A stretch of DNA of 64,000 bases from a virus (Duplodnaviria; Caudoviricetes): the IMG/VR virus record IMGVR_UViG_3300005670_000019. One strand, 5' to 3'. Below are positions 55,793-64,000 of this stretch, one piece after another. The notes under the pieces were generated by a model. That model saw only the letters and a list, made by a program, of their open reading frames with translations, was not told the origin of the DNA and searched no databases. Made by a program: the position numbers and the translations under genes. Each line of letters begins with the position of its first letter. The first letter of the stretch is position 1.

Positions 55793-56008
55793 ATGACCAA
55801 AGAAGAGTGTGAAAAGTTTGTCACGGCGACCTGCAAGGCGAAGGGAGAAAAGACCCTTAATTACTTGCGTATCAACTCGTGCTACATCCTCCCTGACCAT
55901 ATTGTTTCGATCGAAATTTTCCGGACGTTGACATGGTCATTCCGGTGGAAGTGGGGCTTGAGGGTTGAGCTAAGCACGGGTCGAACTCTGCGCGTCACCG
56001 ACATTTGA
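55793..56008 (+). CDS. hypothetical protein
   Basis: GGAG RBS before MTKEEC. Confidence 0.5.
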   Translation: MTKEECEKFVTATCKAKGEKTLNYLRINSCYILPDHIVSIEIFRTLTWSFRWKWGLRVELSTGRTLRVTDI

Positions 56009-56160
56009 GGTTGAATATGACTGCTGAACAAACATCAAATTTTGCCGGGAAAAGTGAGTTTAGAAAATCGGCTGGCATTAATTGAAAATCCAAGCCCGAT
56101 TTGTTATATTGGAAGCATCAGATAAGGGCTTGGAAAAAGAGCCCGAAACCAAAGGAAAAA

Positions 56161-56724
56161 ATGATGCGTTTCGATTCGATTTTCATGGTGTTTTCGGTGG
56201 TGTTTGCGCTGGGAGCTTGTTCAGCAAGCGTTCTTCCCGTCGAACCCGACTGTCTTTCGCTCTGCGAGCAGGGAGCACTTTGTTCGGTGGCGGACGGGGT
56301 TTCATGCGAGGTCACGTGCCAGCGTTGGGAAGAGGCAACGGACCGCTATTCTTGCGAGCCGCAGTATCAAGCAGTTCTGGATTGCGCAGAAGCAAACCTT
56401 GAGTGCGGACCCTGTCTTGAGGTCCAGCAGGCTTGGGCTTCGTGCGTGGTTGACGGAATGATGACGAGTGCATCTTCGTATTGCAATACGTGGACATGCA
56501 TGTCTTATCCCGCACGCCCTTCGGATCATACTGAATGCGTTGGTTGGGTTCAGGAATGGATTTTCCTTGCGGATGTTGAGCCTGCGATTTCATGGATCGA
56601 GCGTGGAAATGAAATCGATGAGTGTGCTCGATGCACCGAGGAAAACTTTGGCGTTCAGAACTTCGACGAGTGTAATCTTGGCGAGGCTCTTTGGAAGACG
56701 ACCTGCCCTGTCTGTAGGGATTGA
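56161..56724 (+). CDS. Cys-rich lipoprotein
   Basis: Signal peptide with lipobox LGAC; many regularly spaced Cys. Confidence 0.7.
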   Translation: MMRFDSIFMVFSVVFALGACSASVLPVEPDCLSLCEQGALCSVADGVSCEVTCQRWEEATDRYSCEPQYQAVLDCAEANLECGPCLEVQQAWASCVVDGMMTSASSYCNTWTCMSYPARPSDHTECVGWVQEWIFLADVEPAISWIERGNEIDECARCTEENFGVQNFDECNLGEALWKTTCPVCRD

Positions 56725-56737
56725 ACCGGAGGATTTG

Positions 56738-56995
56738 ATGGAACAGAAAGTGTTTGGTAAGCTGATTCATGAGGACATTCTCGAAGCGGCGCGAGGATGG
56801 TTGTCTCGTGGAGCATTCCTTCGTTCGCTAACTGTGAATGAGCGTACCGGAGAAATTCAATACATTATCTGGTCAACTGACCACACCGAAAATAGAGTCA
56901 TCGGAAAAACGTTCATCGACAGTGATGGAAACGCAGTTGGTCACGGAGAGGGCGTTCGTGTTTTGGAGACTCTCGTTGAGAGTCAAGATTCCTGA
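56738..56995 (+). CDS. hypothetical protein
   Basis: GGAGG RBS before MEQKVF. Confidence 0.55.
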   Translation: MEQKVFGKLIHEDILEAARGWLSRGAFLRSLTVNERTGEIQYIIWSTDHTENRVIGKTFIDSDGNAVGHGEGVRVLETLVESQDS

Positions 56996-56999
56996 TCGT

Positions 57000-58235
57000 T
57001 CAATCAAAGAACGGTTGTCCTGAGCGGTACAGATAGTCATAAATTCCACTATCACGTGGATTGAAATCGGTGGCAGTTGAAGAGGTAGCATACCAGACAG
57101 CACGTTGATAACTGGTCGAACCCGAAACAAAAGTGATGGATACCGGAGCATAAATACTTGCTCCGGTATTTTTGTTTATGGTCGCACAACCTTGGCGTTG
57201 CTCTAACATGTCGCGCAAGTAACCAAAATGGGTTCTTGAGAAGCGAGCACCGACTGGCTTGGCAATGGAGCTTTCAAGCCCATACTTGAAGCCGCGGATG
57301 ATTGGAACGGAAACGTACGAAGAGTTTGCAAGTGCTGACGACCCAGGTTTGTACTGAAAACCGAAGGTTGGTTGATATCGTCCAATGTCAATAACGGTCG
57401 TTGCTTGAGCGCCTTCATTGACGCCGTTTCTGTTGCTAAGTTTGCCACCATCGCCGATTCCATAGAAAGTCTTAGAAAGGTCTTGCCAAGATGGAGAACC
57501 AAGTTCTTTTTCTTTCCAAACCAAGGATGATGTTGCAGATGTAATCATTGAACAGAGGAATACAGGAATCGAGTTAACAACTGTGTTGCTCTCGGCATAG
57601 ATTATGAGTCGCGCAAGAAAATTTGAGCCTGATGCTGGGGACACAGGAGTTCCTGAACTATCAACTGCAAGTCTTTGTTCGACTGCGAGAGAAGCATCTT
57701 GACGAAGTGTCTTTTGAAGAAGACGATATTTCGTTTGAAACGGAAATTCATCTCTCCAGTTACAGTCAACCCCGTCAAAAGTCGGGTCAGATGAGTCGTC
57801 TATTGGGTTTGTGCTATAAGCAATTTCAAACCCCTGTCTTCCAAGTCCTTGAACACCCCAACGCTCTCCACCATAAGGAGTTGTTGAAGAAGTAGTAAAA
57901 AGAGCCGGAACGGCAGCATTCACTCTCAGAATAGAAACAGGATGTGGGATAAATGTATCAGCAATGTATTCATCACCGTCAAAAAATGAAGTATTTCTGG
58001 TGAAACTTCCAATAAACGATCCTGTTTCGTAAGCAGATCGTAACCAGTATGGAACATAATAGTCTTGAAAAACGCTAAGATTTAGTCCGTCTATTTTTCC
58101 ACCGACATCATATCGAGGATCACCACTTATACTTGGAGTTTGATTGAATAGAAAATCACCAAAGAGAACTCTATCAACAGATGAGCTTTGGAAACTGTTT
58201 TTACTTTCAATATCAAACTGGTCGAATACAGGCAT
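57000..58235 (-). CDS. putative virion structural protein
   Basis: 411 aa, S/T/G-rich; coupled to the upstream structural genes. Confidence 0.6.
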   Translation of the reverse strand: MPVFDQFDIESKNSFQSSSVDRVLFGDFLFNQTPSISGDPRYDVGGKIDGLNLSVFQDYYVPYWLRSAYETGSFIGSFTRNTSFFDGDEYIADTFIPHPVSILRVNAAVPALFTTSSTTPYGGERWGVQGLGRQGFEIAYSTNPIDDSSDPTFDGVDCNWRDEFPFQTKYRLLQKTLRQDASLAVEQRLAVDSSGTPVSPASGSNFLARLIIYAESNTVVNSIPVFLCSMITSATSSLVWKEKELGSPSWQDLSKTFYGIGDGGKLSNRNGVNEGAQATTVIDIGRYQPTFGFQYKPGSSALANSSYVSVPIIRGFKYGLESSIAKPVGARFSRTHFGYLRDMLEQRQGCATINKNTGASIYAPVSITFVSGSTSYQRAVWYATSSTATDFNPRDSGIYDYLYRSGQPFFD

Positions 58236-60928
58236 TATTCAATTACCTTTCGAATGGTATTAGAAGTAAGTATTTGATCAAGTGTTTCGTGATATTCTTT
58301 TCCTTCTACAACGTAAGAACCATACAATCTTACCTTGAACTTACCCGGAAGGATAGAAAGTGTAGGACCACGGTTTACAGATGAAGAAGTGAATGGAAAT
58401 GCGTCTGTATATTCACTCTTACCAATGTAAGCACCCTGGAATCCAAAGATCAAGTTATCTGTTGGTTGCAAAACGTAAGGTGTCGCTTGTTGGAGTTTCG
58501 GATAAACCTTTTCAGTTCCGGTAAGAACATCGGTGGTGTTGTATCGTTCAATACCAACAACATTTCGTAAAAGGTTTCTACTGTCAGCAGAGCCATACTG
58601 CCCAACACCTGATCGACCACCATAGCTTCCTGGGTTTTGAATTTCATTATGAGCGCCTGCGATAACAGGACCAGGCAAAGTCATTTTGATGCTATCGCCA
58701 GGAGCGATAGTTTGAATGGTTCTTTGAATATCTTGAGTTGGATAACATAGGTTTGCAGATCCGGAAATAACAATGGAACCAGTGTAATCAAACCTAATTC
58801 TTTCCCAATCATTATCTTGTCCACATAAGAAATATGGAATATTTCTTGAATTCAAAGCTGATTTTGCAGCAATCCAAGCACTATCCGTATCAATGGAAGC
58901 TGTTGGAGCTGCCAAGAAAGCAAACTGATTGAATGAAACCAAATCCAATGATGAAGTTGTGGCAGCAAACGAAACAAGATATTCCGTTTTTACGGAAGTT
59001 CCCGAGGCAAGATCAATTGTTGGAGCAATCGTTCCAGAAAAATAGTTTTTCATTTTTCTTTGATTCAGAATGAAAAACGTATTGATTGCTTCACCATGAG
59101 AACCACCTGTTCCTTGTGCCCAATAATCTCTGGAGAAATGAGAGCAACTGAACTCAACAACGACTTTTTCAAGAACGAAAGGTTGTTTGATTTTGTCTGT
59201 CAAGGGAATAAGAATAGAAGAAGATCCGGGTGCGTAATTGGATCCAAAGGAATTGTATGGAATATGATATTTGTCATCAAATGGAAATCCGAATTCACTG
59301 ATCGGTGCTTGACTGAAGTATGTTGCATATTGCGAGTTGGCGACGTTCGGAACAAATGGCAAGAATCCAACAGCCTTATCAGACAAATAGGCTTGGGCGG
59401 TGACTTGAGAAGCTTCACTGTCACCTAGAAATCCGACAAAAGTATCATAAATATCTTGGTAGTAATTCCAACTTCTATTGCTTCCGACTCCCCAAAATGC
59501 TTGAGCATCCGGGTTCCAATACATCATCGCATAATCGTTTCCTTCACTATTTCCATTTGAAGCGGAACGATATCCTACAGAACTTGTATGAAGAACTTCA
59601 TAATCAAACTCAAGAACAGTCTTTGACCAAAGGGGTTCTTGGAACCCTTCACCAGCATCAATGACGGATGATCCTGTAGCGAAAAAATCCAATCCATTTG
59701 ATTTGCCGTCAGAGGCATATTGATTACCATCAGAAAATGGCAATGTTTCTTTCTCTTCAAAAAATGAAACAAAACCATCTGCTACATTTACGGTTGCGCG
59801 AGCATTTGGAACAATCATTGAAGAAGTGAATTCTGTGCTATTGATCCACTGATTTTGTGTATTCAAACCAATAGGGTAAACAACACCACCTTGTTCATCC
59901 AAAACCAAGGAAGAGCGACAGTTGTATATCTTCCTAACTTCTTCGGCTGAAAGAGCCTTACCAAAAATTGCAACTTCGTTCAGATAACCACCCCAGCGAT
60001 TTGTCTCGGAGTCCGGATTTCTTCCAAACCAAATTGGTTCTGTGATGTTTGCAATCTCAACAAAAGTTCCAAAAGAAAGATTTTGTGTTGCAAAATCTGT
60101 TTCTCCATTTATATAAAGATCCAAAGACGGAGAAGATCCGGAATGATAAACGGCTGCAATATGCATCCAGTCATTTTGATTTGAAGAAAATCTTGGAAGA
60201 TTTTTGATTATAGAAATAGAGCCGCCGGAATTAGAATCGACAACAACGAAAGCAACATAAGGTGATGCTCCTCCCGCTTCTACACCTCCCATTTGAATGT
60301 TGAATTCGTCGGTGCGATAAATAATATATCCTTCTCCATCACCGAAGGCTTCTTCAGGTTTTACCCAAACAGTGAAACTCAAATCAGATCTGGATAGATC
60401 GATTTGATCTTCTGTGTTTATGAATTGAATATTGAAATTGTCATTATCTTCATGATTATTCCAAAAAAAACGAGGGGTACGATCAAGTTTTCCAAAAGAA
60501 TTGAAGTTCAATCCTAAATCGTCTTTTGTGTATGCGTAATCCGGATATTGATTTCTTTGAATACTTGTTGTTATTTGTGTAAACTGCTGATACAGGAAAA
60601 CACTTCCGGAAACCAAAGCTTCTTCAGCTTGCACACTCAAACACCTCGGCAAGAAACTTGGAGAAAAATATTCAACTTTGAAGTTTTGTTCAAAAGATTT
60701 TGTTCCGGGATTTCCAATTCTTTCCGAAAGGGAATTATCACTATTCATTTTGAAGTAAAGCCACAAATCATCTTTCCAAGTATTTGAACTTGAAGGATAA
60801 GTCGCAAAAGTAATGGCACTTCGATCGTCCCAAAATGTGTTTGTTGAAGATCCGGCATTCTCTCTGTTTTGAAGTTGTAGACGCGGAGGCAAACCCTTTG
60901 CTCTACTTCGTTTGTTTGAACGTGGCAT
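58235..60928 (-). CDS. virion structural protein with LamG domain
   Basis: SFTVWVKP...WMHIAAVY...LYING...GYLNEVAIFGKALSAEEV. Confidence 0.8.
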   Translation of the reverse strand: MPRSNKRSRAKGLPPRLQLQNRENAGSSTNTFWDDRSAITFATYPSSSNTWKDDLWLYFKMNSDNSLSERIGNPGTKSFEQNFKVEYFSPSFLPRCLSVQAEEALVSGSVFLYQQFTQITTSIQRNQYPDYAYTKDDLGLNFNSFGKLDRTPRFFWNNHEDNDNFNIQFINTEDQIDLSRSDLSFTVWVKPEEAFGDGEGYIIYRTDEFNIQMGGVEAGGASPYVAFVVVDSNSGGSISIIKNLPRFSSNQNDWMHIAAVYHSGSSPSLDLYINGETDFATQNLSFGTFVEIANITEPIWFGRNPDSETNRWGGYLNEVAIFGKALSAEEVRKIYNCRSSLVLDEQGGVVYPIGLNTQNQWINSTEFTSSMIVPNARATVNVADGFVSFFEEKETLPFSDGNQYASDGKSNGLDFFATGSSVIDAGEGFQEPLWSKTVLEFDYEVLHTSSVGYRSASNGNSEGNDYAMMYWNPDAQAFWGVGSNRSWNYYQDIYDTFVGFLGDSEASQVTAQAYLSDKAVGFLPFVPNVANSQYATYFSQAPISEFGFPFDDKYHIPYNSFGSNYAPGSSSILIPLTDKIKQPFVLEKVVVEFSCSHFSRDYWAQGTGGSHGEAINTFFILNQRKMKNYFSGTIAPTIDLASGTSVKTEYLVSFAATTSSLDLVSFNQFAFLAAPTASIDTDSAWIAAKSALNSRNIPYFLCGQDNDWERIRFDYTGSIVISGSANLCYPTQDIQRTIQTIAPGDSIKMTLPGPVIAGAHNEIQNPGSYGGRSGVGQYGSADSRNLLRNVVGIERYNTTDVLTGTEKVYPKLQQATPYVLQPTDNLIFGFQGAYIGKSEYTDAFPFTSSSVNRGPTLSILPGKFKVRLYGSYVVEGKEYHETLDQILTSNTIRKVIE

Positions 60929-60931
60929 TCT

Positions 60932-61789
60932 TCACCCTCTCAAAAGACCGGCATATGCGATCGAATCGGTACCATATCTTGCATTACCAGCATCGATAAT
61001 GGTTCCTGCTGTAGTTGATTTTACTGTAAATTTCTGTCGAATGTCTTCGCTCAAATCAAAATCCAGGCGATTCAGCACAGAAATGAAATCTGAATTTGTG
61101 GTATTGATCTGTTTTACAATTTCTTCATCCTTAGTTTCGTCCCAAGGACGAATCAACGTTTCTTGATAAGCAACATAACCATGAATGGTTATGCCTCCCA
61201 TAGTCTCTTGACCTTCATCAAGAAAATATCTTACTTGAAGAGGATCTTGGTAGTCTATAAACTGTTCAATTCTATTTGAGCGTCTATCAAGAGTTTCAAA
61301 GTTGTTTCCATCTTCCAGTGTTCCATGAATTTGTCTTGGAAAGAATGGACCTGAATGGTCTTTCCTGTAAGGAATCGTCAACGGTTCAATGATTGCCTCC
61401 TCCTCAGATTGTGGTCCATCATTGAAATAAATTGGTGTTGGGTAACTGTCTCCAGAGCTCAAATAAGCAACAGGGTTGAATTCGGGAAGTTCTTCCCAAA
61501 TTAGTGAGTTTTCATATTCAACCCATGATCTTGCTTGACCAATTGGATTTGTTCTTGTGTAATGACGAATGTTTCCAGACCAAAGTTTTGGTTGAGAGCT
61601 TCCGTAAAGTTCACGATATCCTCTAAGTTCCACACCTTGACGATAGGCATCAATTTGTCTTGTGTTGACTCCTTCACGAGTTGATTCAAACTTCAACACT
61701 GCTCGTGCAACAAGAATGGAATCAGTCGCATCATTGAACGGAGTAAATTCCGTTGCAAACTCCCATTCATTATCAGAAAAAACACTCAT
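60932..61789 (-). CDS. putative virion structural protein
   Basis: 285 aa in the structural module. Confidence 0.6.
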   Translation of the reverse strand: MSVFSDNEWEFATEFTPFNDATDSILVARAVLKFESTREGVNTRQIDAYRQGVELRGYRELYGSSQPKLWSGNIRHYTRTNPIGQARSWVEYENSLIWEELPEFNPVAYLSSGDSYPTPIYFNDGPQSEEEAIIEPLTIPYRKDHSGPFFPRQIHGTLEDGNNFETLDRRSNRIEQFIDYQDPLQVRYFLDEGQETMGGITIHGYVAYQETLIRPWDETKDEEIVKQINTTNSDFISVLNRLDFDLSEDIRQKFTVKSTTAGTIIDAGNARYGTDSIAYAGLLRG

Positions 61790-61790
61790 A

Positions 61791-63977
61791 TCAATACCTA
61801 TTCACCTCTCCAACAATTAGGCGGAGAAGGATGGTTGGTTTCAATCCATCTCTATTTGTGTCACCAAGATAAGCATCTTCATATTTGTATTGAACTTTTG
61901 GTCTTTCCAACATGTGACTTTCAACAACAAAGTTTGTTCCATTATATCTTGTTCTACGAGGAATGAGTTGCTCAATAAACATTCCAATGTTAGTATCAAA
62001 CCATTTGTAAAACTCAAAGAAAGATTTCAAATTCATTCGACCTGTAAGTCGATTGAAATAGATTGATCGAAGGTTGTCCAAGCCTGGATAATCAGGGGAA
62101 AATTGCAGTTCTGGATTTCCAATCACGTTGTCAAGTTCATTTAGTGTTGCAAAGATTTTTACAATATCCTGATTGAGTGCATCAACAATAGAAAAATCTA
62201 TAGAAAATTTATTGTTGTCGGTCGGTATTTCTGATCTCGGCAAGGAATAAACAGGTGCCGTTTGTGCTATTGAAGAAGATGCAACATTTTGAAAATCTTG
62301 GAATGAACGAACGCGAATTTTTTCAACAGAAACTCCTTCATCAAACTTTGGAGAAATGTAGCTGTAATAGTACATCTCTGGAACGATGACACTTGAAGTC
62401 AAAGGAAAAGCCGAACCAGACCAACCAAAATCACCCTGAGAAAAATCAAAGAGATCCAGTTCTCCGGTAACGTTTGATTGAGTAACGGCTTGATCTGTCG
62501 AAACATCCATTCTCAATTTTTGCCAAGAACCACTTACATTTGTAACGAAACCAAATTGACTTGATGGATTTTCAACACCAAGTGAGGAAGGATTTCGTAC
62601 ATGTTCAAGCCACTCGTGGTCAGTCAAATATTTCGACCAAAAACGTAGATAGGAAACCTTTCCAGCAAAGTTGGTTGTAAGAGAAGTCTGATCTCCATCT
62701 GCTCCCAAATAGGCTGTTTGATCAATTGAAGAACTTCCAATTGCCAAGAAAGCTCCAGATACATTTGAAGTAGAATCGATCTGCATGTATGGTGGAGGTG
62801 ATCCAACAGTTGCAGTTAGGAAAGAAGAAGTTTGAAAAACTTGTTCAACTTCGCCAAAGTTCTGCTTGGCGGCACGAATAAAGAAAGATGAAGAAATTGT
62901 GGAATTCAATCCATCATCATTTCTTCGTCTTCCAAAAGAAATGTACCATTTGTCTCCATCAAAAATATCTGCTCCGGAAAGAAAAAGTGAATCATTCGAA
63001 ACAACATCATCACTTTGATAAAGGTACAAACCCTGTCCATTTACAGCAACAAGATTCATCAATGTTTGTCCAACTCCTTGAGGAGCTGACGAGCCAGTTG
63101 TTAGAAATCTAATCAAACTTTGTGATGGGAAGAGTTGAACAGAAAGTGGAGAGAATTTGTATGTTCCTTCTATTGTCCAAGAACCCGATGTAAGAAGCGC
63201 ATCGTTTCCTGCATCACCGGAAATGTATGGGTATCCTGGCTCTGTTCTTGGTGCGGTCAAATATGAACTTTGAACGAAACCTCCGGAAAGGAAGTTCAAC
63301 ATCATCGCACTTTCCGATCTTGTTTCTCTAGAAAATGTTAGTGGGCTTCTATTTGGTCCACCGTATTCTCTAATACGGAAGTTATTGTCAGGATCAATTC
63401 CAACTGTTCTCAAAAACGCTTTGATCGAGTGCAAAGTTCCCTTTGACCTCATAATACTATTGAGATTTACGAGAATACGGCGCCAAATTTGGTTTTGAAC
63501 AAATTGTAAGGAACTTTCAGCAGAGGAATATTCCGTATCTAAATCATCTCCATCAATGAATTGTGAGATTGAAGAATTGGTGAATAATGGAGGAAGTACA
63601 ATTCCTTCTCTTCTTGCAAAATCTTGTAGAAGTGCATTGGGAACTGTATCGATTGAATTGTAATCAATTGCAACAACATTTGAAAATGCTTGCAAATAGA
63701 GCTTCATTTCATCAAAGAATTTTGCCCAAAGATACAACATTGAAAGCATTGCTGTTGTATCTCCCATTTGAGTTGTTCCAGGATTCGATCCAGAAATTAA
63801 TGGATCAATGATATTTCCATCTTCATTTTCATATCCATAACTCTCTTGAGCTTCCAACAAATAATGTTGAGGAATGAGGCGTGTAATAAGGTTTGGATTG
63901 TTCTGATCAAAAAAACTTGCAGAGGTGAGAAGGGTTGTTTCAAACTCAACCAATGGAGTGTATTTTGGAAAAAGCAC
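61791..63977 (-). CDS. baseplate/tail structural protein (probably starts beyond the window edge)
   Basis: IWRRILVNL..IMRSKGT..SIK..LR..G...IREYGG motif; LamG-like middle region. Confidence 0.75.
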   Translation of the reverse strand: MLFPKYTPLVEFETTLLTSASFFDQNNPNLITRLIPQHYLLEAQESYGYENEDGNIIDPLISGSNPGTTQMGDTTAMLSMLYLWAKFFDEMKLYLQAFSNVVAIDYNSIDTVPNALLQDFARREGIVLPPLFTNSSISQFIDGDDLDTEYSSAESSLQFVQNQIWRRILVNLNSIMRSKGTLHSIKAFLRTVGIDPDNNFRIREYGGPNRSPLTFSRETRSESAMMLNFLSGGFVQSSYLTAPRTEPGYPYISGDAGNDALLTSGSWTIEGTYKFSPLSVQLFPSQSLIRFLTTGSSAPQGVGQTLMNLVAVNGQGLYLYQSDDVVSNDSLFLSGADIFDGDKWYISFGRRRNDDGLNSTISSSFFIRAAKQNFGEVEQVFQTSSFLTATVGSPPPYMQIDSTSNVSGAFLAIGSSSIDQTAYLGADGDQTSLTTNFAGKVSYLRFWSKYLTDHEWLEHVRNPSSLGVENPSSQFGFVTNVSGSWQKLRMDVSTDQAVTQSNVTGELDLFDFSQGDFGWSGSAFPLTSSVIVPEMYYYSYISPKFDEGVSVEKIRVRSFQDFQNVASSSIAQTAPVYSLPRSEIPTDNNKFSIDFSIVDALNQDIVKIFATLNELDNVIGNPELQFSPDYPGLDNLRSIYFNRLTGRMNLKSFFEFYKWFDTNIGMFIEQLIPRRTRYNGTNFVVESHMLERPKVQYKYEDAYLGDTNRDGLKPTILLRLIVGEVNRY

Positions 63978-64000
63978 AGGGCTGTACAGAGGCTTCTCTA

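Noticed and set aside
54293-56770. Long minus-strand ORFs in the GC-richer island
   Set aside because: They are antisense shadows of plus-strand genes that have RBSs and promoters.
1-64000. Genome-wide stop-codon reassignment
   Set aside because: Long genes are uninterrupted in the standard code, and TAG, TGA and TAA all occur at plausible gene ends.
1-64000. CRISPR array
   Set aside because: No regularly spaced identical repeats were seen; the recurring ttcgaacc motifs are tRNA T arms.

Overview
A 64-kb segment of a large tailed (jumbo-type) bacteriophage genome, AT-rich, with most genes on the minus strand. Positions ~1.5-26.5 kb form a tRNA region with 38 cloverleaf tRNA genes covering all 20 amino acids. 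They are interspersed with small accessory ORFs, six tRNA-adjacent HNH endonuclease genes, about nine non-canonical tRNA-like RNAs and dense structured non-coding spacers. Positions ~26.8-38.5 kb carry a nucleotidyltransferase, a deaminase, the terminase large subunit, a pyrimidine-dimer glycosylase, a fused SbcD-SbcC nuclease, a primase, RuvC-like and TnsA-like nucleases and a metallopeptidase. Positions ~38.5-64 kb are virion structural genes, interrupted by a GC-richer plus-strand island (52.2-57.0 kb). Three systems stand out. (1) At the head of the tRNA array is a trp-style transcription attenuator whose 29-codon leader peptide uses 19 amino acids and 27 different codons, an apparent pan-tRNA sensor, followed by rrn-like boxA motifs. 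(2) HNH-plus-replacement-tRNA cassettes sit inside broken tRNA genes of the same isotype, with the HNH stop codons placed inside the replacement tRNA. (3) A set of tRNA-like RNAs has remodelled D and anticodon arms. All RNA calls come from manual folding, and all protein calls from motifs alone.
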